From contig NIVC01001611.1 of the NCBI GenBank assembly GCA_002269645.1, forward strand, positions 186,001-250,000: 64,000 nucleotides of DNA. Reading direction: 5' to 3'. The position numbers and the translations under genes were made by a program. How positions within the stretch are numbered: position 1 is the first letter of the stretch; each line of letters begins with the position of its first letter. Below are positions 11,051-25,308 of the stretch, one piece after another. This DNA comes from Macrostomum lignano (taxonomy: Eukaryota). A model generated the notes under the pieces. It had not been told where the DNA came from, did not search any database, and was given only the letters and a program-made list of their open reading frames with translations.

Positions 11051-12581
11051 ATTGATGCTGCTGGCGGTACCTTCTTCTTTATGTTGGCCTTCAATTAGTG
11101 TCAGGAAGCTGTATTGCAATCGTTATGGTATTGTTATGGTTACCTTATGGTAATTATCTTAGATGACAAGCTGTTCAGTCAATTGTAGGTTAAAGGTTAA
11201 AGCATGCCATTAAAATTTGCAATAAACTAGATTAAAATTATTTTATATTTTTCTTTGAAACCTATTTGTCCAGTGTCTTAATAGACTTCATTTTTGCCCC
11301 TCAATTGGTGCTTTGTAATTGTGTCATATTGCTATACTGCTATACTGCCTTTATATTCAGACTGTATATGGTCTGCTTCTTAAGCTAGTTGAACACAGAT
11401 AGCATTAAGCTTTTCTGTTTTCTAATTGACATTAATGCTGATTTTAGCAGTAAGATTAGTAATAATCTTTGAATAGACAGCTTCAAATAAGTCAATCTTA
11501 TTAATAGGATAGATAGTAAAAGGCACATAGGTAAATCTTTTGTCACTTGGAGAATAAAGAAGTAAATAAAGGCCTAACTTTCTTTATTAAATGCTAATAT
11601 ATCACCTAGGCACTGAAAAGGAAATAAGGAAAAGAAAGTCATTAAAGTTTAACAAATTTTTTAAAGATGCAAAAAAGTACATGTAAGCTTGACTAAAGTA
11701 TTTATTTGAATTGAGTAATAAAGGAATAAAGAATTTATTTGACACATCAAATCATATAAATCATGTACTTATATATAATATATAAGTATATATTACCACT
11801 ATATATATTGTCATATACATATCATAGGAAAGATTAAATCCTAGCACTGCTAACAGCCTAGAATGTTCCCTTTATTATATATAAAGCCTACTCATAGTCA
11901 TAGACAATATCTTATATAAAATATATGCAGTACCATAATACCCATAATAACCAACCATAATAGCCCTATATACCAAAACTTTCTCCTAGCCATTTTCTTT
12001 TCAGAAAGCCAATTTTTTGTTTGCATAAAATTTTAACAAATACTTTTTTTTCCTTTTCTATTTTGCTAAAATTATATAAAATATAATTATATAAAATTGA
12101 ATTTATTTATGAGAATTGAAATTTTCCTATAACTGTCACTAATTTAATCTAAAAAAAATTTGAAGCTACAGTTAATTAATATACTTAACAAATACAGAAA
12201 AATATAATTAAAAAAGATATTAGAATAAAACAAAGACTAAGTAGATTTTTTTATGTGAAATGGAAATTTTATTTTTATAGGATTTTTTATAGTGTATAAT
12301 ACAGCACCATTGTAAGAAAAAAATTAAAGATTTCATCTAAAATAAAAAATCCTCAGAAGAAATTTCATCCAAGCCTTGAAGTTTATTTAAATTTCCTCAT
12401 AGAGGGTCCCTTCAGTCTGGCAACATATCTACAAACTTGTGTGGCAATGCCGCTTTAGGAGAAAACAGAAAAAAACTTGCGTTAAGTAATTAATAAGCAG
12501 CATTAAATAGTTGAATCCAGAGTGAGAAAAGATTGAAATTGCATGCAGAGCAGAGTAAACCCTGGGTGACTGTGTGCCTCA

Positions 12582-15500
12582 ATGTGCCATACCCGATTTC
12601 AGGCCAAGCCAAAGTCAGCTGACCAATCAAACAAAGCCGGCAAATCTTTAAAGGCCAAAGCCAAATTGGCCAAAGGTTCGTCTGGCAATGGCGTTTCTAA
12701 GAAACGCCGGCACTGGAAACAGCCGCCATCAGACAGAGGCGTTGACGAAGCTCTGGCTTTGTCTGTTGACGCCAAGTCAGTTGCTAAGCAACTGCGATCG
12801 ACTGATAGGCCGCCATCCAGGGCCACCCTGCGACTGGCCACCGCCTGTCTGATGCAGTGCGTCAGGCATGTGAATAAAGAGCCGCGTGCCTTTAATAGCA
12901 TTGTGCGTGCCTGTCTGCGGCACTGGGTTCGCGCCGCTGACTCTGTGCTTGGACGTATTGCTAATGATAATGATGCTGGCGATGAGCAAGAGCGAGATGA
13001 TGAAGACGAAGACGCTGGATTGCGGGTATTTAATTTTCTGTTTATCACTTTTAAGCTTAAAGATAAAAAACAAATATTTTTTTCGATGAGATACTACTCG
13101 CCACTATACTTTCACAAGTATCATTATTTTACCTAAAAATCTGCTTAATTAGAATCACTGATTGCCCTGAGAATCTGCTCCATCAGAATCACTGATTGTC
13201 CTGAGAATCTGCTCCATCAGAATCACTGATCACCCTGAGAATCTGCTCCATTAGAATCACTGATTGCCCTGAGAATCTGCTCCATTAGAATCACTGATTG
13301 CCCTGAGAATCTGCTCCATCAGAATCACGGATTGCCCTGAGAATCTGCTCCATCAGAATCACGGATTGCCCTGAGAATCTGCTCCATCAGAATCACGGAT
13401 TGCCCTGAGAATCTGCTCCATCAGAATCACTGATCACCCTGAGAATCTGCTCCATTAGAATCACTGATCACCCTGAGAATCTGCTCCATCAGAATCACGG
13501 ATTGCCCTGAGAATCTGCTCCATCAGAATCACTGATCACCCTGAGAATCTGCTCCATTAGAATCACTGATTGCCCTGAGAATCTGCTCCATTAGAATGAC
13601 TGATTGCCCTGAGAATCTGCTCCATTAGAATCACTGATTGCCCTGAGAATCTGCTCCATCAGAATCACTGATCACCCTGAGAATCTGCTCCATTAGAATC
13701 ACTGATTGCCCTGAGAATCTGCTCCATTAGAATGACTGATTGCCCTGAGAATCTGCTCCATTAGAATCACTGATTGCCCTGAGAATCTGCTCCATTAGAA
13801 TCACTGATTGCCCTGAGAATCTGCTCCATTAGAATGACTGATTGCCCTGAGAATCTGCTCCATTAGAATCACTGATCACCCTGAGAATCTGCTCCATCAG
13901 AATCACGGATTGCCCTGAGAATCTGCTCCATCAGAATCACTGATCACCCTGAGAATCTGCTCCATTAGAATCACTGATCACCCTGAGAATCTGCTCCATT
14001 AGAATCACACAAACTATTCCTATCCCCTACAGACTCCTTCATCCTATCCGAGATGGGAGAAGATTCGCGTCACCTGCAAGCAGTACCTGAACTGCGTATT
14101 GCTACTGTTAGACAAGCTCAGAGATCAGGAAGCTGTACGCGCCATCGCGCAGCACTGCCTACCATTGCTGCCCTACTTTCTGTGTCTGCCTCGCACTCTG
14201 AAGCCGCTATTAAAATCTTTGATTAGCCGCTGGAGTCAAGGCCCGGCTCCCATCACTGTGCTAGCCTTTCTAGCCTGTCATCGAGTTGTTAAATCGAGAA
14301 AGTCTCTGTGCGAACAGGCCTGCAAATGGATGCTAGCCAACTATTTGCAGTCGGCCAGGCTAGGCGACTCGGCATTAGCCGTGCTGCAACAGCGAACCCT
14401 TTGCGAGATGCTGTTATTGCAGCCTAATTTAGCTTATAAACTGGCATTTGTGCACCTGCGCCAGTGCGCCGCCGCTCTGGGACGAGAGTCGCAACAGGGC
14501 GGCACCGGGGAGAAGAGCGGCAGAAAAACAAAGACTACTAGTAGTAGCAGCGGGTCTTTGTTGCAAAAAGCGCCACTGTATGCCGGCCTGTGGCTATGGA
14601 GCCGGCTGGTGGCTGCTAGCGATGAGCTGACCAGTTTGGTAAGAGTCACTTTAGTATCCACCCTAAATCACTGCAAGAATCGCCCTAAATTGCTCCAAGA
14701 ATCGCCCCTAAATCACTGCAAAAATCCCCCTAAATCACTGCAAGAATCGCACCTGAATCACTGCAAGAATCGCCCCTAAATATCTATAAACATCGCCCCT
14801 AAACGAAGCAACAATCGGACGAACTCGCAGGTGTACCCGCTGACCCAAATACTGGAGGCTCTCTGTCGAACGCTGGCCGCTGCTCGCCACCTGCCGTTGC
14901 GGGTGCACTGCCTTCGAATGCTGCTGCACTTGGCCAGGCAGACCGGCGCCGCCACGGCGCTACTGCCTGGCGCTCTGGCGCTGCTCGATTTGGCAGATTT
15001 CAACAAAGGCGTCGCCAGTCGGGCCCTGAGCTTAGAAGGCATCACCAAGCTGAGCCAGTCGCAGCTGAAAAGCCCGTCTTTTCGAGCCGCCGTTTCGGAC
15101 GTTGCCTACGAACTGCTGGCCGGCTGGGTTCGATCAGCCTGTCAGCTGACCGCCTTTCCTGAGCTCTGTCTGCCTTTAACTCGGCGATTGAAACGATTAG
15201 CAAAGGTTTGTACTGGCTTTGGGGATGCTCTGATTTGCTGTTTGCATCTGATTGATTAGTAATTCTCTGATTGGCTGTAAGAATATGCGTAAATATAAGC
15301 TATTCTCTCATTGGCTGAAAGACAAATAGCTATTCTCTCATTGGCTCGAAGGCCAATAACTTGCTATTCTCTCATTGGCTGGAAGGCAGCTATTTGCTGA
15401 TTGGCTGAGAGACAATGCCAAATATCCCACCCCCATATTCTTCTCTTAGGACTGCCGTTGCCGGGCAGTTGCTAAGCCGGCTGCCCAGCTCCTCCGTCTA

Positions 15501-15842
15501 ACCATGGAAGCGGCCAGTTGGACCCGACAGCAGCGGGCCACAGTGCGCCCTATTGGCGGTGGCACCGACGTAGGCGGCATCCAAGAGGCCGACCGTCTGA
15601 ACGGACGCAGCCCGTTCCAGGCCTACTACCTGCGCTATCGCTCCATGCGCCGCGAAGAATTAGCCAGAGCTAGGCCTGGCGACGACCAGGAGGTGAACGG
15701 CGAAGACGAGGATAAAGAAGAGAACGGCGAGAAGGAGCCCATGGAGGTCGCCGAGCTGCAGGATGAGGAAGAGGAGCCGGAGCTGTCGGATCTGCCCTCA
15801 ACTGATGAGGAAGATGAGATAGGCGATTATGAAGAGGACTAA
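12582..15842 (+). CDS. NOC2L: Nucleolar complex protein 2 homolog, about 605 aa, 4 exons
   Basis: Exons 12582-13025, 14033-14638, 14831-15205 and 15450-15842, all GT-AG and phase 0. Motifs RWEKIRVTCKQYL, LPYFLCLPR...RWSQG, VYPLTQIL...LPLRVHC, FPELCLPL and YYLRYRSMR, plus an acidic tail, match the Noc2 family. AATAAA at ~15905. The start is uncertain because of an alternative acceptor at 12602. Confidence 0.93.
13150..14008. repeat. 34-bp minisatellite filling NOC2L intron 1
   Basis: Unit GAATCACTGATTGCCCTGAGAATCTGCTCCATCA, about 25 copies, ending about 24 bp before the acceptor. Confidence 0.97.
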
Positions 15843-16059
15843 TAGGATAATTAAGACTTATGCTTCTTGTATTTGATCTGTCAACTGTGTTGCGTATATA
15901 TGAGAATAAAACAAGCATTTGAACTGTTTGTTGTTGCATTGCTGCTACTGCTGCTGCTGCTATCATTGAAATTTGAAAGAACTCAAATTTGAGTTCTTTG
16001 GTTAAGGTCGAAATTCTACGATTCTTTTTCCCAGGTCCACCGCCCCACTCCCAGACCCT

Positions 16060-16712
16060 CGTTGCTGGGCCAGCCTCCCAGATCCCCAGTTGCTGGGCCA
16101 GTCTCACGGATCCTCAGTTGCTAGGCCAGCCTCCCATATTCTCAGTTGCTGGGCCAGCCTCCCAGATCATCAGTTGCTGGGCCAGCCTCTCAGATCCTCA
16201 CTCGGTTGCTGGGCCAGCCTCCCAGATCCTCACTCGGTTGCTGGGCCAGCCTCCCAGAGTGTCAGTTGCCGGGCCAGCTTTCTAGATCCTCAGTTGCTGG
16301 GCCAGCCTCCCAGATCCTCAGTTGCTGGGCCAGCCTCCCAGATCCTCAGTTGCTGGGCGAGCCTCCCTGATCCTCAGTTGCTGGGCCAGCCTCCCAGATC
16401 CTCAGTTGCTGGGCCAGCCTCTCAGATCCCCACTCGGTTGCTGGGCCAGCCTCCCAGATCTTCACTCGGTTGCTGGGCCAGCCTCCCAGAGTGTCAGTTG
16501 CCGGGCCAGCTTTCTAGATCCTCAGTTGCTGGGCCAGCCTCCCAGATCCTCAGTTGCTGGGCCAGCCTCCCAGATCCTCAGTTGCTGGGCCAGCCTCCCA
16601 GATCCTCAGTTGCTGGGCCAGCCTCTCAGATCCTCAGTTGCTGGGTCAGCCTCCCATATCCCCAGTTGCTGGGCCAGCCTCGCAGATCGTCAGCTGCTGG
16701 GTCAGCCTCCCA
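16060..16712. repeat. 28-bp minisatellite between the convergent NOC2L and TMEM39 3' ends
   Basis: Unit GTTGCTGGGCCAGCCTCCCAGATCCTCA with insertion variants. Confidence 0.95.
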
Positions 16713-17080
16713 GATCCTCAGTATGGCCACTCAGCATGGCCACTGCCACAATCAATGGAATTTAACAAAGGCCAATTACAAGTCCTTTTCAGATACAGAT
16801 TAGAAGCAAGCAATAAACGACGCTTCAATGTACAAGAGTTAATCTTATATTAATTCTAGCAAAACACTTAATGGTGCACATCAATTGAATATACTACATA
16901 AAGACATCAATTATAGATAGAAAGCTGCTTCAAATTTTAACGTATCCGCCACAGAAGGATCAATTAACGAAGAGATCAAGGAGTCAGTCGAGGCATCTGA
17001 AAACACACACTGATAAGGGATGAATTGCACATCGAATTACAGGCCGCTACAGAAAACAAGCACGCTATCAGGTCAGTGAG

Positions 17081-19781
17081 TCAGTCGCCGTGGATCTCAT
17101 CCTCCAGATCGGCATAGCAGCGCTTAAAGACCAGGCGGTTCCTAGTGAGCTTGTACAGCGACACGAGGTTAAACAGCATCATGATGGCCGAGGACAGCAC
17201 CTTGTACCATTCGTGGCACTGCAGCAACACGGCAAACTGCAGCACCAGCAGCAGGGCGATGGCGCACTGCAGTCCGTCAGCCAGACGCATAGGGCTGTAG
17301 AAGAGGCTGTGGAATCTGGAGTGCATGGAGTTGCCCGGCTCGGCGCTGTTGGTGATGCCCTCCGCTTTGAACAGGCCTTTCACGTGTTTCACCAAGGCGC
17401 CCTGCTGCCACACCTGAACAAATCGGAATTGCAAAAATTCGAATGCAGCTACTGAGAGTCAGATTTTGCTACTAAAATTGCCTGCCGGTGATTTTTGGGG
17501 GCGCCTGCTACAATGGGTTGCGCCATCTACAGAGGGAGGCGCCAGCTAAAGAGGGAGGCGCCAGCAAAAGAGAGAGGCGCCAGCTACAGAGGGGGCGCCA
17601 GCTACAGAGAGAGGCGCCAGCTACAGAGGGGCGCCAGCTACAGAGAGAGGCGCCATCTACAGAGGGGCGCCAGCTACAGAGAGAGGCGCCAGCTACAGAG
17701 GGGCGCCAGCTACAGAGAGAGGCGCCATCTACAGAGGGGCGCCAGCTACAGAGGGAGGCGCCAGCTACAGAGGCAAAAGTTCAGCGCCCTATAAAAGGCG
17801 GATTAAATACCTTAGCGCAAAAACAACGCCTCTCACCTGCAGCTCAGACCAGGGAATATACGGCACCTGGGCGCTGCCTCTACCCTCAACTCTGACCCAG
17901 CAGCCCAGATGCAGGGCGCAGCGATGCAGGGTGTCAATCCGATGAGGCGGCAGATGATGCTGGGTGTAAAATAGGAAAGCAGAAGCCACAGTGACGGCTA
18001 CGTGAACACCGCAGAACCAGGGCTCCAGGTAGATTGTGTTCTGCGAATAATTATTAAATTACATCTAAATCAGGAGACATAAGTTTACCATGCACATACA
18101 TTACATTGGAATTATTGCTTATTAAACACTTAAATTTGTTGGCCATTTGAAATTTTCTCCAATATAATGAGAATAAAAACGCGCCTAAGACACAATATAA
18201 AATACTACAGAGTTACAGTAATATGTAATTAAGCAGAATTTTATATTGCGGCAAAGCGATTTGTAATAAAAGCACTTCTGTAGAACTATTAATTAAATTA
18301 TTTTATTCCAACGATTTCAAACTAATTTAGAATTTGTTTTATCATGCACTCAGATTTATAGCTGAGAAATTCTATCCTGACTACTTTTAGTCTCATATTT
18401 ATTTAAGTAGGACGTTAAAATCAATAATTTGAAAGTATTATAGTCTCAGACACTTGAGTAAATAGATGTCACTCGCAATTACAGTTGTGAAAAAGCAGAG
18501 CGTCTATCTACTCTGTTAATAGCCCAATCTACGAGTAGCTCAGTTATTGAGAGAGCAGTAAGGAGAGAGATCAGTCAGAATAGTTCAGCCAATGAGAGAG
18601 CAGTAAAGATTAGATGACTTAGTCAGACAAACAAACGAGGCTGGCTCAGCCAATGAGTGAGCAGTAAGGAGAGAGATCTGTCCGAATAGTTCAGCCAATG
18701 AGAGAGCAGTAAGGATTAGATGACTTAGTCAGACGAACAAACGAGGCTGGCTCAGCCAATGAGAGAGCGGTGAGGAGAGAGATCAGTCAGACGGACGAAA
18801 ATCCTTAGGGACCAGGCCCAATCTAGCTAAGCCAATGAGAGTTGTAAGGAGAGAGGTCAACGTTTGACGACAAATCTCGGTATTTAATTTTTTGTTGCAA
18901 TGATCAATATTAAATTATTTTTAATGTTATAAAGACAAAAACGTAAATTTAGCTAGCAAAAAAAGTGATAAGCGCATTTTTTGCCAGTATTTATACATAT
19001 CTAACTGTTATATTATAGTGATTATAATTTATAGCTGAGCATTGGACGTTAAAATTTCTTAGCAAAATCTATTATTTTTTTACAGAAATACAAACAAGTG
19101 GATTAGATAAGCCTGTGCAATGGTACATGGTAGGCAAGATATTAGAGTAATAAGCACACGCTAATCTTATAAAGTGCACACACTTGTTTTCTTAGAAACA
19201 AATTGTAAGCTCAGTTTAGCAGAAAAGATGACAATCTTCTACGAACTAAGAAAGCACAGAGTGAAGTTATTAGAACGTCAAGGTTCAACCCACTTTAATT
19301 TAATCGCGCGGCTGACAATTTCTATTAGCTTGTTAAATTGAATCCTAATTGAATAACCAATCGGACTTACCCAGCAATCGGTTTCACAATAGGCAGTTTG
19401 TATCTGGGAGCGAATTGAGCAGCGTATGTGGGGGATTAAGCATTATTATTATCATAAGATTTGATAATGACCGATGACGCCAATTTTATGCTATCAGGTG
19501 ACATTAGTAAAAATATTATACTACTAGCAGTAAGATATCAATATGGGAGACTTGACGAACAACAATTTAACCATAAGCCGGAATACTGCAAAATGTATTG
19601 CGAATGGATGGTTAGTAGAGACAGGAGAAGCTGCAGCTTGTAATCGTAAACAAAAGGGAAACAATATTCAAATGCCAACTGTACTACTGTAGTAATATCA
19701 TCGAACAATGATTGTACATTTATCAAGTGTTAGCTGCCATATTCGATAAATCTGTCTGTCTGTTGTCTATCTCTATATCTG

Positions 19782-19836
<55 letters not shown>

Positions 19837-20620
19837 GTCTATCCATCTATCTATCTATCTGTCTATCAACGTGGAATATTTATTAAAACATAATATATAA
19901 TATATGTACACTAAAAAATGCCTAATAGTAATGAAAACAAAGCATTCGCAACCAAAACCATTGAATGCAACAAACCAAATAAACAGCAGTAATGGATGAA
20001 CTTACAGAATACCGGATTCTACTACCGTTGGCGGATAATTAAACGGTAAACCAAAGCCAGTGAAGCAACTCACCTGCACAAACAGCAGCGGCACAAAGGC
20101 CGAATGAAACGAGCTGAACAGGGTAGAGAACAGTATAATCTTCAATCGGCCATTGAAATCCGATTTCAACGCTTCGGTTTCGTCGCGGATTTTCTCCGGA
20201 TCGCGAGAACAGCTGTGCCTGGGGCTGAAGCTGCCCTGGCCATTGGCGGCGGATTCTGAGCTTGATATGGCACCAGAAGCTGTGGCTGAGGACTTTTGAT
20301 GCTGCGGAGTTGACCCACCGCCGCCGCTGAGCCAGTTACGGCTCAGCAAAGTGCCAGGCACGTGACCATAAAAGACCAGAGCGTAAGTGATGCAGCTGCA
20401 AGATAAACCGGGTGGCCAAGGTTTATTAGTTAATATATACTCATTAAACCTCCCATATCACAGCTAGGTTTCTAGAAATATGCTTAGCAGCTTAGTCTGA
20501 TTAGTGAAGTACTTGTATGTACATCTGTGCATTGCTTGATAACATTATATTAGTACTACTACTGTACTACTATTACCAATATTAATACTACCTACTACTA
20601 CAATCATAACAACAACTACC

Positions 20621-20657
<37 letters not shown>

Positions 20658-20703
20658 ATACTACTACAACTAACTACTACTACTTATACTACTACTACAA
20701 CTA

Positions 20704-20785
<82 letters not shown>

Positions 20786-20803
20786 ATACTACTACTACAA
20801 CTA

Positions 20804-20856
<53 letters not shown>

Positions 20857-23800
20857 GAACTACTTCTACTACTACTTCTACTACTACTACTACAACTAAC
20901 TACTACTACTACTACTACTACTACTATTATTATTGTTGTTAAACGAGGGTGGGAAGCATTGCTACCCGCGGATCAGCCCGGGGTGGGCTCTGCCGCAGAG
21001 GGGCACTACCAGGGGCCAAGGCATTAGCTGTCCAGGGCCCGAGATACCCCATGGATGCATTGGGATTGGACCCGGCTCAAAGCGCGGGTGGGCGAGTTGA
21101 CCCAAGCCTACGGTACAAGACACCGCCAACCCAAACAGTGGAATCAGGGACGGTGCTAGGACCGAGTCCACCCAGGCCACCCTCCAGCAGACAAGTTCTT
21201 AGGAGTGCGCGAAAAACAGAATTGGAATAATTACTGAAAAGCCGTCCAAGAGCGGGGAAACCCCAGTAGTCTTGGAAAGGGCTAACTATTGGAGAGAGTC
21301 TGGGCAGCTACTAACCAAGGCGATCCTCACTGGGCTCTCGAGCCTCAAGGCTTCTTCACTACCCAGCTCTACTTTGGAGTGAGTCTGGAAGGCTTGTATC
21401 CGAGGGGGAGACTCCAGGCGAGGCCAGGACTCCAACGCCTATATTGCTACCAACCCAAGGGCATCGCCTATCCAGCTCAATATTGGGGGCCAGGCCAAGG
21501 GGTCGGGAGAAGAGGCACCCAGGGCAAGAGGACTCCGGACTCAGCCGGTTGTCCCCGGTTCGGGACGAACATCCTTCCCAGGACACCAATCCACTGTCAG
21601 GATGAGAGCCAGAGACACGCAAGCAGGGACCGTCAGCAGGAGCCAGGAGATGGACCCGAGGTCAGGGCAAGATGGACCGGGCAAGGGCAGAGCTCATAAC
21701 TCCGAATATTGGAAGGCTTCTAGTGGCCAGATAAAAGATTAAAAGAATAAAAAGCCACAAAGGCACAAAGCTAAAGGGATAAAACCGCGCTGGGATGCCA
21801 GCCCAGAAAAAAAGAATGGCAGAAAGGAGGAGCACCATAGCCCTAAAGCAGGCAGCTTGCCGACCTGCAGCCCGGGTGCTCAGCCTCAGGGCTGGCAGTC
21901 TACTGGGTCTACCGTACACCTTTGTGAATTGGTCATTTTCTTTCCTGCAGGGCGGGTACGACCGGGGGGCTCAGTCCCGTCCTAGCCACACTGCAGTCCA
22001 GATATCCAACTCACTCCGGGCACCCCCCCCCCCCTAACCCAGGGCCGATGGCCAAAATTATTGGAGTACGAAAAAAGAATAGGGTTATTTTTAGAATGGG
22101 CACAGCCCCTCCGGGGCGGACCCTTAGTTATTGGGCTAGCCGAAGCTAGGCCAATCGGATTGCGCACAACCCTTAGACAAGCTACCAGAGAGGCAACCAG
22201 GGTAAAAACAGTCAGAGACTATTATTATTACAACTACTATTACAACAACTACTACTAATTACTACTATTTCTACTACTACTACTTCTGCTACTAAGATGC
22301 GACTACTAAAGCTCACGGATAAACCAGCAGTATGCAGTAGAGCAGCGAGGTCCTGCAGTACACAAAGTAGCTCATCCAGCAGAAAAGCGCCGCCCAACAA
22401 CAAGACAGCGCGCATAGCAGGGCCAGACAGGCAGTGAAGCAGCATCTGTTAGGGATGTTTCTAAGCTGCCGGAACAGAGTTAGCAGCAGCGGCAGGCACA
22501 GCATTGAGACCAGGTACCCGACCAGCTTGTAGTCGATAAGACGAAAATTCTGTAGAGGGGGTTTGACAGGTTAACCGCAAGTTTTGCAATCAAATTTATC
22601 TACCATGGTTTCTTGCACATTTGCACATTAATTGTACTTTTGTAATGCAGATAGAACATGCCGACAAAGAAGGGCACCCAACACCCAAGAGACAGGGGCG
22701 CCCACCTAAGAGACAGGGGCGCCCACCTGAGAGGACAGGGGCGCCCATCTGAGAGACAGGGGCGCCATCTAAGAGACAGGAGCGCCCACCTAAGAGGACA
22801 GGAGCGCCCACCTAAGAAGACAGGAGCGCCCACCTAAGAGGACAGGAGCGCCCACCTGAGAGGACAGGGGCGCCATCTAAGAGACAGGAGCGCCCACCTA
22901 AGAGGACAGGAGCGCCCACCTAAGAAGACAGGAGCGCCCACCTAAGAGGACAGGAGCGCCCACCTGAGAGGACAGGAGCGCCCACCTGAGAGGACAGGAG
23001 CGCCCACCTGAGAGGACAGGAGCGCCCACCTGAGAGGACAGGAGCGCCCACCTGAGAGGACAGGGGCGCCCATCTGAGAGACAGGGGCGCCATCTAAGAG
23101 ACAGGAGCGCCCACCTAAGAGGACAGGAGCGCCCACCTAAGAGGACAGGAGCGCCCACCTAAGAAGACAGGAGCGCCCACCTAAGAGGACAGGAGCGCCC
23201 ACCTAAGAAGACAGGAGCGCCCACCTAAGAAGACAGGAGCGCCCACCTAAGAGGACAGGAGCGCCCACCTGAGAGGACAGGAGCGCCCACCTGAGAGGAC
23301 AGGAGCGCCCACCTGAGAGGACAGGAGCGCCCACCTGAGAGGACAGGAGCGCCCACCTAAGAGACAGGCGCGCCCACCTGAGAGACAGGGGTGCCGTGCC
23401 AATTTAAGAGAGAGGGGTGCCCTCCTGAGAGACAGGGGCGCCCACCTGAGAGACAGCCAGGTGGATAACGAGGCAGTGATAAAAAAGGAACAAAACTACA
23501 TAATGTACTTACAATGGCATACTGATGATGCGAATTAGGCAGCCACCAGGTTGTCTTGTACAGGTGAATGTACTGCAGTGACATACAGCTGAAGCTGAAG
23601 AAGAGCATAAAAACTGAAAATGACAGCTCACTATCTGCTGGAATATGAGGAATCCTGGCGTGCTTCGGCTGCACCAGCAGAGTTGCTGAGCTTGCTGACT
23701 GGTTGCTATGAGGCGAATTGTCATCTCCGGCACTGAGTGGAATTGGTTGTTCATATTTATGTGTATGATTTTAATTTTTTTTAAATCTCAATTCTAAGAC

Positions 23801-25308
23801 AAAGCAAGTTATAAAACTTGCTAGAAAACAGCTCATTTGCTAAATGCTTATATAAGGCTTGAAAAGAGTTTCTAAGATGCCAAGGCTGAAAGGAGATACT
23901 GATATCTTAGGCTAAATTGCTAGCTTTGAGGGCTATTTTTTTTGCTTTAAACATTCTACAAATAAGAAGCTGACAATAGTGACAGTAAAATGCTTTCTAT
24001 ATAATTTCATCTTTTTTCTTAAAAAGAAAAAACACAATCTAGAAGGTTACAAGAAAATAGCTTTTTCCAATACCTTAGTTATCCAGAGATGGGTATAGAT
24101 ATAGAATATAACTAATAGATGCATTTTGGTACAATTTATCAATATCTAATACTATAATTTTTATAAATTCTAACATTTTAGCATATAGTCAGTTAAGTAA
24201 AGGACAACTTAAAATATCATTCTGCTTGAATTTATTTAACATTTAGGTTCCTATTGCAATCAATGGCTATTATTGCAGCATGGATTTCCCTTTAATGTTA
24301 GTATAGGGCCATAGTTTGGAACACCCTAAATGTACGCCAGACTAAAATCTTGCACAATTTATTTGGTATGCCAGTGTATGCCAATTTTTCCCAACCTGGA
24401 AAAATTGTAATCCCAGAAAAAATAAGGCTCATTACAAGCTTCATTTTGAATGTCATGGTGCATTAAAAGACCTTTTTTGCTTTTTTTTACTTTTTTGCTT
24501 TTTTACTGATACTCTTTATAGCGAGAAGTGAATATATGCCAAGATTTCTTTAATTCTTTTAAAATAGTTACTTTCCATTTAAATTTACTCTTATTTCACA
24601 ATTTAATTCTGCAACTGCAGGAACATGTACATCACTTTTTTACTATCCATTTTTATATGCCAGATAGTACCTATGCCAGATTTCAAAAGGAAAAAATTTG
24701 TATGCCAAGTTTATATGCCTAAAGTCATGAGTGTATGCCGGCATATGCCAACGAGATTAATCCGGCGTACCACCCCTCTTCTAGACTATGGGTATAGGAC
24801 CCTTTTTAATTTCTTTTTTTAATTTATAATATATAAAATATAATTTTTTAAAAACTATACAATGAAAACTTCTTTTGCATTAATAATTTTATGGCTATAA
24901 TTTTATGGGCCCATAAGTATAAACATATATCTGTTAATAGTTTAAGAAAATGGTTAGCCTAATTAATAGTTGAACAATTTGAATATGACTAGATGTATAC
25001 CATTAACACATGGTCTTACTTAGCATTAGGCAATATTTTTTTAAACTCAAATTTAAACACCATTAGTATCAGTAAACGTTTCCATTGTCTACATCAGCTT
25101 TTTATCAGCTTGACTACAAAAGCATTTTTGCTAAATGAGTCTACAAGATTAAGTCTATGACTATGACTATAGTCAACTTCTCTGAAATGACAAAAAGTTT
25201 ATTACAAAAAATTGTAACGAGCTATGGACAGTGGACATAGCAGTTTTTTACCAATACTTACACGTATGAATGTGATATGCGCGATATATTGCGTTTTATC
25301 GCAGGCAT
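17081..25308 (-). CDS. TMEM39: Transmembrane protein 39 family member, about 452 aa, 6 exons
   Basis: Exons 25308-25262, 23732-23513, 22549-22317, 20395-20074, 18040-17837 and 17413-17081 are phase-consistent. Motifs [56 protein letters not shown] and [10 protein letters not shown]...HSRFHSLF...KLTRNRLV match TMEM39A/B. Confidence 0.92.
17515..17772. repeat. ~19-21-bp minisatellite in TMEM39 last intron
   Basis: AGAG(AG/G)GCGCCAGCTACAG units. Confidence 0.92.
18540..18850. repeat. Degenerate tandem repeat with CAGCCAATGAGAGAGCAGTAAGGA core
   Basis: The core recurs about 5 times at ~60-bp spacing. Confidence 0.8.
19751..19867. repeat. (ATCT)n microsatellite
   Basis: Read directly. Confidence 0.95.
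20556..20935. repeat. (TAC)n microsatellite
   Basis: Read directly. A second degenerate tract lies at 22225-22300. Confidence 0.95.
20941..22220. mobile_element. Unclassified GC-rich ~1.3-kb interspersed element bracketed by (TAC/TAT)n tracts
   Basis: Abrupt GC/CpG-rich block in TMEM39 intron 3. No recognisable protein in any frame and no TIR found. Confidence 0.4.
22690..23460. repeat. ~21-22-bp minisatellite in TMEM39 intron 2
   Basis: AGGACAGGAGCGCCCACCT(A/G)AG units. Confidence 0.95.

Noticed and set aside
13150-14008. 34-35-bp periodic arrays (also 35085-35778) superficially like CRISPR
   Set aside because: Units are head-to-tail with no unique spacers, lie in eukaryotic introns and have no cas genes.
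24300-24790. Possible MITE with CCATAGT(C/T)T(A/G)GAA termini and internal TATGCC motifs
   Set aside because: The termini are short and mismatched and no TSD is clear. A similar weak inverted pair at 44830-45050 was also left out.
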